Source: a virus
Length of the DNA: 64,000 nt
Reading direction: 5' to 3' (one strand)
Virus record (IMG/VR): IMGVR_UViG_3300025598_000020
Every line of letters begins with the position of its first letter. Position 1 is the first letter of the stretch. Of this stretch, positions 20,351 to 30,754 are shown piece after piece. The position numbers were made by a program, and so were the translations under genes. The notes under the pieces were generated by a model. The model was not told the DNA's origin. It did not search any database and saw only the letters and a list, made by a program, of their open reading frames with translations.

Positions 20351-23296
20351 CTAGTCTAATATGAGAATGTTTCCGTCTTCTGTTATCAATAATATTCCAT
20401 CTTCAGTAGTCAATTCTGGAGTATAAGGTAGACCCAATGGTCCATAAATTACTATCTGTCCGTCACTTGCTGTCAATGTTCTGTTAACTGATAAGAAACC
20501 ATTTGCGTTTGAAGTGAAATTGTTTGCTACTCTAATTGTACCATGAATATAATCCACACTGGATACAGTATAAATTGTATTATTGACTTGAACTAAATCA
20601 CCTGCATATACAATATCCATTAACGGATACATTGTATTACTATAAACACCGTCATTAATAATATCATAAGAACCAGTTAGTGACACTATATTTATTGTAT
20701 TAGAACCTGAATTTGCAGTAACTGTTGCAACATTCGGGAAAGTGAGCCAATAACTTTCTCTTAAATTGATTGTTGTTGATTCGGCCATAAAGTCTTCCGA
20801 ACCAGTTTCAACAGCCAAATCTTCTGATCCTGTTGCTTTCAATAAGTCTATTGGAGGTACGTCTGCTATACTCCAGACTTCAGACCTCACATTTGGTCCG
20901 TGCGGTGTTTCAATTTGAATAATACTGTTTGCATAACCAACTTGATTACTGAATATGAAAGAAGTAATATCTGCACCAGCCAAATTATTAAACACAACTG
21001 TATTGGAACTCAATGAAGTGAAGTTTGCACTCATTGTTAAACCAGAACCATTTGTTCCAGTATAATATGATAATGGAACACCACGATATACAGCTTCTTG
21101 TGCAGTTGTTTGAATTGTTGCATTGGCTTTCAATGCAAAACGGCCGAGAACTTGCATACCAGATGGGTGTAGTAAGTTCAACAACACTTCACGGTATTTG
21201 GCAATTTCTTTTTGTACCGTAATTTCATATGTGTAATTATTGTATATTGAACTTTGTAACACATCATATGAACTTGGTTGGCCACTTGAATTTAGATATT
21301 GACCTTGGCCAACCACCAAACCGTTTAAGAATGAAGCTGTAGCAACTGCTTTACCATCACCATAGTTTCTGACACCAAATGAATTATATTTTTCATTGTA
21401 GGCCACATTTTGTGTGACCATATGAATACTTTTACCAAAGATATTAATATTTTGACCAGGATTTGGTTGTGATGTATAATTAAATACTCTTAAGTTATAC
21501 AATGATTGTGTTGGGTCTGCGTTTGGTACCAACAATGTTACATTATTGACTGTTGATTTATAGAGTGCGGTATATACATTAGAACCTTGATATGCAATGT
21601 CACCAGTTTGTGGTAAGTTTGCAATCGTTACATTAGACACCACAATATCTTGAACCACCAATGAAACATTTGGTGCAGACACATAATCTTCACCAGGATT
21701 GATGATATTGATTGTGGTGATAGAACCAACTCTGTCAGTAACAGTTTGGAATGTGGCACCTACTCCAAGAATTCCTGGTATGGTCAGGACTGCATTGGCT
21801 GCTTGATTGTTTGCAGAAACCACGGTTACAACTGGTATTTGTGAAGGAATGTAACCCATACCACCTAACGGATAATGATGTGGATCATCTGGATTAGGAT
21901 AAACATAACCAACATTTTGAATTGCACCGGTTGAATTAACCGATAAAACATTAGCATGTGCACCAATACCACCACCGCCTGTAATTACAATTGTGTCATT
22001 AACTTGATAACCATTACCACCGGATACAATTTGAATCGGTGCCAAAATGCCTAAAGAAGAAATAAATGCAGATGCATTGGCCGTATCTGGATTATCTGTT
22101 TGTTCTTGTGAAATTGCTGTTACAACCGGTGGTGTAGAAATTCCACCGCCGCCATTCAATACAGTAATAGATGAAATTGGAAATGTTGAGAAAGATTGAA
22201 ATGTTAATGCATTTGCCAATGTTGTATTTGCATTGGCTGTATTAAGATTTGCAAAATGATATGCAGAATTACCAATTGTAATTCCTAATTTTGTTGCAAT
22301 AGAATCAACAGAAAAATATGTAACATTAGCTTCTGAGTTTGCAGTAGGAACTAAACTACCAACAATTGCACTTGCGCCTGGTGCATTAGAAATATTGATT
22401 ATTGTATTGGGAGAATAAGTGTAACCATAACCACCTGTCAATACATTGATATTTTGAATTGAACCAGATGTAACAGTACCCACTTCTGCTGTTGCACCGA
22501 TTGGGTTTGTAGTATTTGGATTCAAACCACCATATACAATAACAGGATCACCTGGTTGATATAGTGTACCACGATAGTTTGAATTGATGTTGATTTTACT
22601 AATTTGGCCAACAATTTTTGCAACTAGTGTCTCAGCACCTATTGTTCCTGCCGTAACTTGAGCACCATTTTTGAAGTATACTGGTTGATTGTTTGAATCT
22701 ACAACAATAACACTTTCACCTGATTGGAAAAGACGTTCAATGTTGGAAATAAAGACTTCTGTTTTTGTTCCAGATAGAACAGAATTTTCTACTGTAGCAA
22801 TAGATTTTGAAGTAATACCAAAAAGTCTTAGATTGTTAATTTCTAAAAAGTTTTTGTCTACTGTAGCCAATCTCAAACTTTTAGGTACGTACCAATTACC
22901 AGCAGAAGCTCTAAGAACAGAATCACCAGTTACGTTATAGTCAAAATCTGAATTGAATAAGACTCTGAATAGAAATTGATATGATGCTGGTGTACCCTTA
23001 GATTGGTACATTTGTTTTGCAATTTTAATAACTTTACTTTTATCCGCAAGAATATCCTGCGGAAAGTATGACATAAAATCGTTAACAAAGTAATTTAAAA
23101 ATTCGGCCGTGGTTGTATCCACATCCATGTAAGTCAATAGACTTTTAGTAAAGTCTAAGGTATTACCACTTTGTTCCATCCATTCATAATACGCCTTAAT
23201 GAAAAGAACAAAATTGGCGTAATTTGGATCTTCACCAATGAACTTGGGTAGTTCATATGGTACCAGCAACGATGTTTTTTGGTTACTTTGTATCAT
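20351..23296 (-). CDS. Baseplate wedge initiator gp7-like
   Basis: F..FIKAYYEWME, YQSKGT..S..FLFRVLF and LLHPSGM motifs; lies between gp6 and gp8. Confidence 0.8.
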   Translation of the reverse strand: MIQSNQKTSLLVPYELPKFIGEDPNYANFVLFIKAYYEWMEQSGNTLDFTKSLLTYMDVDTTTAEFLNYFVNDFMSYFPQDILADKSKVIKIAKQMYQSKGTPASYQFLFRVLFNSDFDYNVTGDSVLRASAGNWYVPKSLRLATVDKNFLEINNLRLFGITSKSIATVENSVLSGTKTEVFISNIERLFQSGESVIVVDSNNQPVYFKNGAQVTAGTIGAETLVAKIVGQISKININSNYRGTLYQPGDPVIVYGGLNPNTTNPIGATAEVGTVTSGSIQNINVLTGGYGYTYSPNTIINISNAPGASAIVGSLVPTANSEANVTYFSVDSIATKLGITIGNSAYHFANLNTANANTTLANALTFQSFSTFPISSITVLNGGGGISTPPVVTAISQEQTDNPDTANASAFISSLGILAPIQIVSGGNGYQVNDTIVITGGGGIGAHANVLSVNSTGAIQNVGYVYPNPDDPHHYPLGGMGYIPSQIPVVTVVSANNQAANAVLTIPGILGVGATFQTVTDRVGSITTINIINPGEDYVSAPNVSLVVQDIVVSNVTIANLPQTGDIAYQGSNVYTALYKSTVNNVTLLVPNADPTQSLYNLRVFNYTSQPNPGQNINIFGKSIHMVTQNVAYNEKYNSFGVRNYGDGKAVATASFLNGLVVGQGQYLNSSGQPSSYDVLQSSIYNNYTYEITVQKEIAKYREVLLNLLHPSGMQVLGRFALKANATIQTTAQEAVYRGVPLSYYTGTNGSGLTMSANFTSLSSNTVVFNNLAGADITSFIFSNQVGYANSIIQIETPHGPNVRSEVWSIADVPPIDLLKATGSEDLAVETGSEDFMAESTTINLRESYWLTFPNVATVTANSGSNTINIVSLTGSYDIINDGVYSNTMYPLMDIVYAGDLVQVNNTIYTVSSVDYIHGTIRVANNFTSNANGFLSVNRTLTASDGQIVIYGPLGLPYTPELTTEDGILLITEDGNILILD

Positions 23297-23305
23297 TCTT
23301 AGCTA

Positions 23306-25378
23306 TTAGTTCTTTGCGTTGACAGTAACACTTACTGCTGCTGGGTCATATGGGTCTATTGTAATGATTCTATTATATGAAGAAGAAATAATTGTTGTGG
23401 TTGGTACTGTTGAGATAGTCAGTTGACCTAATTCATTATCAATATTGATTGGATTAAAGTTTGTTAATGTAATAATACCATTTGTGTAATCAATTGTTCC
23501 TACATTGGCATTTAGAATTGTTTTAACATTTAATGTATTGTTGTAATATGTTCTTAATGTACCAAATTGACCTTGTAGGTTAACCGTTACTGCACCATTT
23601 GTGCCTGTTGTATCATTGGCCAAAGGTGTAATAGTTGCAATTGCACTTGTATAACCAGAACCTACATTAGTTATTGTGACAGCAGAAATACTTCCGTTGA
23701 CAATTGTTGCGGTTGCGGTTGCACCAGAACCATCTCCAGATATAGTGATTGTTGGTGCATATTGATAACCAAAACCAGGATTCAATATCGAAATTGATGA
23801 GATGCCACTTGTAGAAGATGGAATTTCTTCAATGAATACACCATCAATAATACTTGCATTGTTTGCTGGGTCAACAAATTGCATAGCTGGTGTACTTGAT
23901 ACACCACTTTGGAACATACCTTTTTGTAATGAACTATTGTAATACAATGTGTATGTTTCAGAAGTTCCTAATGTTGGATAGAATTTCTTTTGTAAATTTA
24001 GTTTGAAATCACTGGTTATGACAGAAGGATCATAATTGTTAATTGTACTCAATACGTCAAATGAACTGAATGTGGAGTTAAAAGTATTCAAATTGTTAGC
24101 TGCATAACCATAAATGGCCTGTTGAATGCCTGTTTTTAATGCAGATGGTGTTAATGTTGTTTGTGATTGATTGAACAATACATTTGATGTGACCTGAAAA
24201 TATGTGTAATCTGGGTCTATAATTGTGGGTTGAACTGTCAAAACACTATATGGTTTCAGTACTTGATTGGCAATTAATTGTTTTTGTGTTGCAGTTAAGT
24301 CATATGCACCAGTTGGTTTTAGAGAAATAAACACTTGGCCATATGCTGGTGGATTGTTTTCTTCTCCACCCCATACAGATACTGCATCAAAACTGATACC
24401 CAAATTATTTTGTTGTAGTAATGTAATGTAGTCATTTTTTGTAACTGCACGACCTTGAGCCGCAAATGCTTTTGGTGCTTGAAACTTAATAGAATCAATA
24501 TCTTCTTTATTTTCACCTTGTGTGGCAGAAAGATAAGGAGTTATGGTAACTGTACTATATGGTGCAAAGTTGGTCATCAAAGTAAAACCATTTGCTAATC
24601 CACCCGCAGTACCTTTTGTAGAAACATAGGTAACTTTAATAACATTACCATCACTAAGTTTTTGACCTAAAATACCATCTCCAAAATAAATTTGGTAGTT
24701 GCCATCTGTTGCTTCTTGTAAAAAATATACCGGATCAGTTGGTGTTAGTTCCAAATAATTGGTTGTTGGATAGAATACTTGTTGTGAGGTATTAGATGTT
24801 GATTGTTTAACCGTAACAGACATTGTGGATGTATCAATACCTGAATCGGGAATCTCAAAAATATATTTTGGATTTGTCGTGCTGTTGACTGTAAACGTAT
24901 AGTTTTGCACTGAGCCTTGTTTGATTTCAACACCATTGAATGTGGCCACATTGGCACTTACAGGTACGGTTGTTTCATTCAATGTTACATAATTATAATT
25001 TATGTTGTTGATAGCTTCAGAACGGAAACTTGTATATTGTGGAAGTGTATATGTACTAGTTGTTATTCCGGTGAATCTAAGATTGATAACAGCAACAGGA
25101 CCAACAGCTGAACGTGGCACATAATTCAACATTTTTGCATGGGAAACCACAGATGAACGTTGTATCGCAGAGTCCAAGAACATTTCATTGGCTACCATGT
25201 TCAAATAGAAAGCATTGTATTGTGTATTGTATGCAAGAACATCCAACAAAGTAGACAAAGAAGAACCTGTGAAGTTATAATCTTTGAAAGTATCTTGTGT
25301 TTGCAGATAATTGATGAAGTTCTGCTTAATGTTACTAAAATCTAAGCTAGCAACTTGAACATTTGTATTAGATGCCAT
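23306..25378 (-). CDS. Baseplate wedge subunit gp6
   Basis: LDF..IK, DYNF.GS.LS.LLDVLAYNT.YN, NEMFLDSA and Q.RAVT..DY motifs. Confidence 0.92.
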   Translation of the reverse strand: MASNTNVQVASLDFSNIKQNFINYLQTQDTFKDYNFTGSSLSTLLDVLAYNTQYNAFYLNMVANEMFLDSAIQRSSVVSHAKMLNYVPRSAVGPVAVINLRFTGITTSTYTLPQYTSFRSEAINNINYNYVTLNETTVPVSANVATFNGVEIKQGSVQNYTFTVNSTTNPKYIFEIPDSGIDTSTMSVTVKQSTSNTSQQVFYPTTNYLELTPTDPVYFLQEATDGNYQIYFGDGILGQKLSDGNVIKVTYVSTKGTAGGLANGFTLMTNFAPYSTVTITPYLSATQGENKEDIDSIKFQAPKAFAAQGRAVTKNDYITLLQQNNLGISFDAVSVWGGEENNPPAYGQVFISLKPTGAYDLTATQKQLIANQVLKPYSVLTVQPTIIDPDYTYFQVTSNVLFNQSQTTLTPSALKTGIQQAIYGYAANNLNTFNSTFSSFDVLSTINNYDPSVITSDFKLNLQKKFYPTLGTSETYTLYYNSSLQKGMFQSGVSSTPAMQFVDPANNASIIDGVFIEEIPSSTSGISSISILNPGFGYQYAPTITISGDGSGATATATIVNGSISAVTITNVGSGYTSAIATITPLANDTTGTNGAVTVNLQGQFGTLRTYYNNTLNVKTILNANVGTIDYTNGIITLTNFNPINIDNELGQLTISTVPTTTIISSSYNRIITIDPYDPAAVSVTVNAKN

Positions 25379-25770
25379 TATCTGGACCTTTGAAGAAAGA
25401 GATTAACATTTGTTGGTGTAGTATTATTTCCAATAAAAAAGGTCAAGGTGACGCTGAAACCATTTTTATCCGTTGAAAGTTGCACATCAATATTACTAAT
25501 TTTTGCTCTTGGTTCAAAATTTGCAACAACATTTTGAATTTCATCAGCCAAAATACTTGAAGTGACATTAGTTGCAGGTTCAAACAATAAACCAGTTAAA
25601 TTGGATCCAACGGTTGGTTGAAATGGTCTCTCATAAAAGTTTGTCAATAATAGATTTCTTACAGAAGCTATTACCGCCTGGTCGTCATAACGCAGGGCAA
25701 CATCTTTTGTTACCGGTAACATTCTAAATGTTAAGTCTAAGTCTGAATAGATTTTCTGTAAATTTGCCAT
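25378..25770 (-). CDS. Baseplate wedge subunit gp25
   Basis: YSDLDL.F, SVRNLLLT..YERPF.P.GS, LLFE and FEPR motifs. Confidence 0.9.
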   Translation of the reverse strand: MANLQKIYSDLDLTFRMLPVTKDVALRYDDQAVIASVRNLLLTNFYERPFQPTVGSNLTGLLFEPATNVTSSILADEIQNVVANFEPRAKISNIDVQLSTDKNGFSVTLTFFIGNNTTPTNVNLFLQRSR

Positions 25771-25777
25771 CTGTTAT

Positions 25778-26602
25778 TTATGAGTTCAAATGGGCCTTTA
25801 ATGCAGGAGTACCAATATAATTGTTTAAAAGAAAGTTTTGTGACTGTCCAAGATTATTAAGACCACTCAATTTGTTATAATCATGTATCACATTTGCAGA
25901 ATTTTGAAAGAATTGTGAGTCTTGCTGTGGATAGTAATACATGACAAAATTGGCAGTTGAAACTACATTTTGTAAGGCTAGAGCGTTTGCGGTACTTATA
26001 CTTGTAATGTATGTATTTGTTATAAAATCATATGTTATGGAGTTTGATAAAATAATAGTCAATGTGTTCATTGAACTATACAAGTTGGCCAAAGTATTAC
26101 CTAATGTAACACTTGAAAAATTACCCATAATAACAGAAGTGTTTGCAATACCATCAGTTTGACTTGTGATGTATGACAACATTTTACCTTGAGCCGTAGC
26201 TGTGGTGTAATGTGGTGTCGTTGTGTCAGAATCTGGTGGAATAACGTTGGATTCTTTATTTGTTACATACAAATAGTTATTTGCTGTTGTGTTTGCTAAT
26301 GTGACAGATGTTGCAACTATATTAGCCAACGCAGTTGTTACGGTTGGGTCCGATGATGTTAAATTGGCTGTAAGTCCAACCAGAGTATTTGACGTATTCC
26401 AAATTAACTGTGTCACATTTGCCACAGGATTCACAAAAAAACCATCAGTTCCGGTGCCAGTAGCCAAAGCATTAGCTTGCCATGGTTTCAATAACGATGG
26501 CAAAATTGTCATTTGTGTATTTACATTACTACTGTAAGTTGATGACAATGAATTGATTGTTGGATTACTCGAATTGAAACCTAATCTTGCGTAAACGCTC
26601 AT
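25778..26602 (-). CDS. Hypothetical baseplate-associated protein
   Basis: 274-aa ORF between the gp5 C-part and gp25. Confidence 0.6.
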   Translation of the reverse strand: MSVYARLGFNSSNPTINSLSSTYSSNVNTQMTILPSLLKPWQANALATGTGTDGFFVNPVANVTQLIWNTSNTLVGLTANLTSSDPTVTTALANIVATSVTLANTTANNYLYVTNKESNVIPPDSDTTTPHYTTATAQGKMLSYITSQTDGIANTSVIMGNFSSVTLGNTLANLYSSMNTLTIILSNSITYDFITNTYITSISTANALALQNVVSTANFVMYYYPQQDSQFFQNSANVIHDYNKLSGLNNLGQSQNFLLNNYIGTPALKAHLNS

Positions 26603-26608
26603 AATATA

Positions 26609-27412
26609 TTAAACTCCTATTTCTTGTGGAATTGGTGGACCCGTTGGTCCTTTAGGTGATATATGTATGTGTGCATTGTGTAGACTTAAATTAACCGTAT
26701 CATAAGCCCATAATGCACTCATAACACCAAATTCACCAAGTGGTGCAGAAACTTCAGCTAATGCGGTGACTGAACCTGGCGTTGCAATTGGTATTCCAGC
26801 AGAAACGCCACCCAAAACTGTAACAAATCCTTCTACACCTGCACTCATGCCGGTCAAAGCGTCTATTCGACCAGTGGATGTTATTTTGCCAGCTGTAATC
26901 TCACCATCAACGGTCAAATCACCTGTGATATGTTGGTAGTCACCTGTGTTTAATTTCAATCCACCACCAAGAGAACCACCTGCATTGATAACCGTATCAC
27001 CAATTGAAGTTATACTGTATACACCTTGAACAACTTGTGTGAAATTTCCTTGTACATGTTGTTCAACATTACCATCAACCTGTTCAATTAAGTCTCCCGC
27101 AACATGAAGCTCGCAATCGCCTTGAACTTCAATTTTCATTCTGCCTTGCACCAATAAATTTTTATTTTTAATTGTGATTTCATATCCATCACCATAAACC
27201 TTATGCACCTCATCACCATTAGGATGCATTTCAATGAATGTACCTGTGCGGTGTTGCAGTCTTACACGTTCTCTTGTTGGTGTGTCATCCAATTCAAATG
27301 AATGTCCACTAGGTGTTTGTGTGGCATTATTATATGGGTATACTGGTTGATATTGTGAATTGGCTGCCGATTCAGGCTCTGTCCATGCTGTAAAAAAATC
27401 TGGTTGATCCAT
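26609..27412 (-). CDS. Baseplate central spike, gp5 C-terminal part
   Basis: YPYN..T.SGH.FE.DDTP..ER...HR.GTF.E motif, VxG beta-helix repeats, C-terminal HxH. Confidence 0.85.
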   Translation of the reverse strand: MDQPDFFTAWTEPESAANSQYQPVYPYNNATQTPSGHSFELDDTPTRERVRLQHRTGTFIEMHPNGDEVHKVYGDGYEITIKNKNLLVQGRMKIEVQGDCELHVAGDLIEQVDGNVEQHVQGNFTQVVQGVYSITSIGDTVINAGGSLGGGLKLNTGDYQHITGDLTVDGEITAGKITSTGRIDALTGMSAGVEGFVTVLGGVSAGIPIATPGSVTALAEVSAPLGEFGVMSALWAYDTVNLSLHNAHIHISPKGPTGPPIPQEIGV

Positions 27413-27421
27413 TCAAAGTCC

Positions 27422-28357
27422 TTAAGGTTGAGATGCTGTTTTTGCAGTTGTACCATAAGATGGTGTAGCTGACGCAACTGTTTCCGTTATATGATTGGTT
27501 AATGCACCAGCTGATGCAGCGGTTGGATTAGTTACAGCATTTACTACTGCACTATTCAATGTGCTACCATAACTAGCGGTACTGTTAGTCAGTTGATTAA
27601 TTGCACCACTAGTTATATTGTGTATGTTTGTTTGTGATTGAATGTTATTTACGGTTGAATTCAAAGAATTTTTAAAATTTGTCAAACAATGTGCCACAAT
27701 TGCTTTTAATTGTGCTGGTAAAGTTTCTATCCATGTGATAATTTGTTGTAAATCTTTGGCTAAATTAACAATCAGAGATACATCATAAACAATTTGAGCA
27801 GCTCTATTGATTGCTTCAGTAACCAGTCTAACATAGTATTTGGCTGTAGAAAAGGAAAGAGATGCAACACCTGTTGGATCAAGATTTAATGCTGATAATA
27901 TACCAGTCACGATAAGTCTGAAACCTTGTTGTAGTTGACTAATGGCTGCACGAATTGCATTAGCTGCGGCCATCTTACCATTCTTAACTGCATTTTGAAG
28001 TGCCGCAATGGGATTAATCAATCCACCTAAATCCAAACCAAGACTAAAAGTAAACTTGAAGTCACAAACGTGTGATAAATCTGCATTGTTAGTTGCTAAT
28101 GAGGCATTTGCCAATGAACCTCTTGAAAGGCCTGGTGTGGTTTGTGAACCGGCCGTGTAGAAGAATCCACCATTTGGTAACTGTGGTGATTTTAATTCAA
28201 AGACTGCACCAACTGGAGAAATATTTGTTGGTGCTGCATTGACAAAAGATGTAGTAAAAGCATTCTCAGCACTAGTTATTGCACCAGTTACTGTGTTATA
28301 AATTATGTTGCTTGCGTTGTTAACCGAACTTGCTGCTATATCTGATGCTGTTGCCAT
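27422..28357 (-). CDS. Hypothetical protein between the two gp5 parts
   Basis: 311-aa helical, Ala-rich ORF; start/stop overlap with the upstream gene. Confidence 0.6.
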   Translation of the reverse strand: MATASDIAASSVNNASNIIYNTVTGAITSAENAFTTSFVNAAPTNISPVGAVFELKSPQLPNGGFFYTAGSQTTPGLSRGSLANASLATNNADLSHVCDFKFTFSLGLDLGGLINPIAALQNAVKNGKMAAANAIRAAISQLQQGFRLIVTGILSALNLDPTGVASLSFSTAKYYVRLVTEAINRAAQIVYDVSLIVNLAKDLQQIITWIETLPAQLKAIVAHCLTNFKNSLNSTVNNIQSQTNIHNITSGAINQLTNSTASYGSTLNSAVVNAVTNPTAASAGALTNHITETVASATPSYGTTAKTASQP

Positions 28358-28734
28358 TATGTTCCACTTTCTTCTTCTGAACTTGAATAATCAGTTGAAC
28401 CAGTTGTAACAGATGATGAGGTTGCTGTGTTGGCGGCTGCAAAACCAGGCAATACACCCATCATAATAGGAAACTGACCACTTTCACCGTCCATAAAAAA
28501 CCCTAAAACCCAATCACCTATCTCAAGTGGTTGGAATTGTTTAGCTGTATTTATTGAGTTCATTGGATGAGCCCAAGGTAAATCTGTGGTAGGAATTAAA
28601 CTTGTATCGTCTGTATGCCAACCAAAGATACGGACTTGACAACGACCAAGTGCAAGCGGATCAACTCTATTTTCAACTGCACCGACCCACCATATAAAAC
28701 CATTAAGTCCTGCAAAATTATTTACTGTTTTCAT
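28357..28734 (-). CDS. gp5 N-terminal OB-fold protein (stand-alone)
   Basis: F.WW.G.VE.R.DP..LGRC.VRI.G.H, LPWA, G.WV.GFF.DG...Q.P. Confidence 0.88.
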   Translation of the reverse strand: MKTVNNFAGLNGFIWWVGAVENRVDPLALGRCQVRIFGWHTDDTSLIPTTDLPWAHPMNSINTAKQFQPLEIGDWVLGFFMDGESGQFPIMMGVLPGFAAANTATSSSVTTGSTDYSSSEEESGT

Positions 28735-30093
28735 TTAACCACCCACTGCTGTTTTCCAAGCAGAAGACTCAACTGGAATATCTGGATACTGATTTGGAAC
28801 ACTTTCTTTGGCTATTTCCATAACAGTCTTATAGTCATTTTGCGTCACCAAATGTCTCACCGCAGTAACTAGATAGTTTCCAGAATAAAATAAATCCAAA
28901 CCTTTGCTGGATGGGTCTCGTGATATCAATTCAAATTCAATAACAGTACCAACAGTAAGATTTGGGTCACCAGGAACAGAAACTTTAAGTCTTGTATAGT
29001 TTGCTAAGGCTAACTGTGCTGTCCTATATGGTATGTATGTCTCTGCAAAAATGTTTGGTGCAACAGAACCTGGATTGGCTTGCACTACTGCATTATTAGC
29101 TTCATCAAAGTTGGAAAAAACCAATTTAAGTGTAGCTTGGTTTGTTTCGTTTAGTTTTTTGCCAAAACGGTTTTGATAGTTGTTTGTTATCGGATAGTTA
29201 TTCAAACCACCTGTAGAACTATCATTCCAATACGCAAAGTAGTCAAAATTAGTTGTCATTCTCTTTCTTGTTAGAATGTCTACAGATAACAACTGATTGG
29301 CAAACATGCCAGAATTGATAGCATTTAATGTATCATATGAATCTAGTATTTCATATGTTGTTACATTAAGAACTTCTTCTGTTAGATTTGCTTCATTGAT
29401 ATTTTTTGGATCATAACGATAAGTATTATAGACGGTCAAATTATTACCGTCTGTTAAGGTCTGTAACGATTTGAAGTTAAACCCTTTGTTGTTTTCAAAA
29501 AACAACATATCCGCACCTGTGAATTTGTCTCCTGCGGAGTTACCATCATTTGGTCTAGCATATGTTGATAACCAATTGATAGCATCTAATGGCTTTAATT
29601 TCGGTATAACAAAACTATAGACACCATAAGTCTCATCAATACTTAATCTGTCACTACTAATCCCCAATCCAGTTGTGCAAATATCTGTAATAACTTGGTT
29701 TATCTGTTGATTTGGATAAGATTTACTGAGTTTATACTGTTCTGAAACCAAAAGTTCTTCTGAACAAAATTGTAAACAAAAGGCTTCAGTATACATTGTA
29801 CCACTAAGTTTTCTTTTGTCCATTTTATAAACACGAAACTTTTTACTGATTATATCATTAGTATCAGCATACTTACTGAAGTTCAAAAGTAAGAATTCAT
29901 TTCCCGTCAATGACAAAAGTTCCGAATATGCATTTGATTCTGTTACCATGACATAACCAGAAACCACACCACCAAACAAATCTTCATGGTATGATATTTC
30001 ATTCATAATGTAACGCAGGTCGATAAAACCGACCGAAGTCATTAGTGTTACCGTATCAAGTTGATAGTCACGGGTATTAAGAATTCCAGACAC
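28735..30093 (-). CDS. Baseplate hub / tail protein (gp27-like position)
   Basis: FFE...GF.FKSL and VPG...L.VG...SG.YLV..V.H motifs; GTG start; between gp53 and gp5. Confidence 0.65.
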   Translation of the reverse strand: MSGILNTRDYQLDTVTLMTSVGFIDLRYIMNEISYHEDLFGGVVSGYVMVTESNAYSELLSLTGNEFLLLNFSKYADTNDIISKKFRVYKMDKRKLSGTMYTEAFCLQFCSEELLVSEQYKLSKSYPNQQINQVITDICTTGLGISSDRLSIDETYGVYSFVIPKLKPLDAINWLSTYARPNDGNSAGDKFTGADMLFFENNKGFNFKSLQTLTDGNNLTVYNTYRYDPKNINEANLTEEVLNVTTYEILDSYDTLNAINSGMFANQLLSVDILTRKRMTTNFDYFAYWNDSSTGGLNNYPITNNYQNRFGKKLNETNQATLKLVFSNFDEANNAVVQANPGSVAPNIFAETYIPYRTAQLALANYTRLKVSVPGDPNLTVGTVIEFELISRDPSSKGLDLFYSGNYLVTAVRHLVTQNDYKTVMEIAKESVPNQYPDIPVESSAWKTAVGG

Positions 30094-30097
30094 TTTA

Positions 30098-30754
30098 TTA
30101 TCCTAATAATGAAGACAGTTGTTTTTCTAGTGCTCCAGCAAGATTCACATTTACAAGATTGATGCTTCGTTTAGCTTCATTAACTTGAACCTCATATTCA
30201 AAAATGCTTTGTGGTGCTGCAGCTGTTATAACAGTTACACCTGCACCACTAGGTAATACAGCATTTTGAGTACCTTGAATTACATTTACATATGCATTTT
30301 CATCAATAATATAGATGTTTGTATTTGATTCTCTTGATGTTGAATCTATTGTGGTTATTGTTTCAACATATTGGTATACGGTATTTTGTGTATATGTTAA
30401 AATTTGTGAAGATGTTACATTTGCAACCGAAATATTTAATGAATTGGCTGTTGCTGATGCATACTTATCAACCAAATAATCATTGAACAAATTAGGATTC
30501 ATTGGCCAATCACCAATAGAGTCGAAAAGTTGACTACCAAACATGGTAATCCAATATCTATAACTGTCACCATAATACTTTTGAGCAATGATATCTGGTG
30601 TATCACCATCTTTAATGTTATATGAATAGAACACTAAAGCATTGTTCAATACAGTTGGAATAATTTCCGTTCTCTCCATGATGTTTGTTACATTGACAAA
30701 ATTGCCATTGTAATCAGTCACTTTAATGGTGGGAAATTGTTGAAAGTATTTCAT
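30098..30754 (-). CDS. Baseplate wedge subunit gp53
   Basis: MKYF..FP, Y.IKDGDTPDIIA.KYYG..Y.W, YE...NE.KR.I. Confidence 0.88.
   Translation of the reverse strand: MKYFQQFPTIKVTDYNGNFVNVTNIMERTEIIPTVLNNALVFYSYNIKDGDTPDIIAQKYYGDSYRYWITMFGSQLFDSIGDWPMNPNLFNDYLVDKYASATANSLNISVANVTSSQILTYTQNTVYQYVETITTIDSTSRESNTNIYIIDENAYVNVIQGTQNAVLPSGAGVTVITAAAPQSIFEYEVQVNEAKRSINLVNVNLAGALEKQLSSLLG

Noticed and set aside
146-27477. Numerous plus-strand and alternate-frame short ORFs within structural genes
   Set aside because: They are shadows produced by Ala/Asn/Thr/Ser-rich codon bias inside long, recognisable minus-strand genes.
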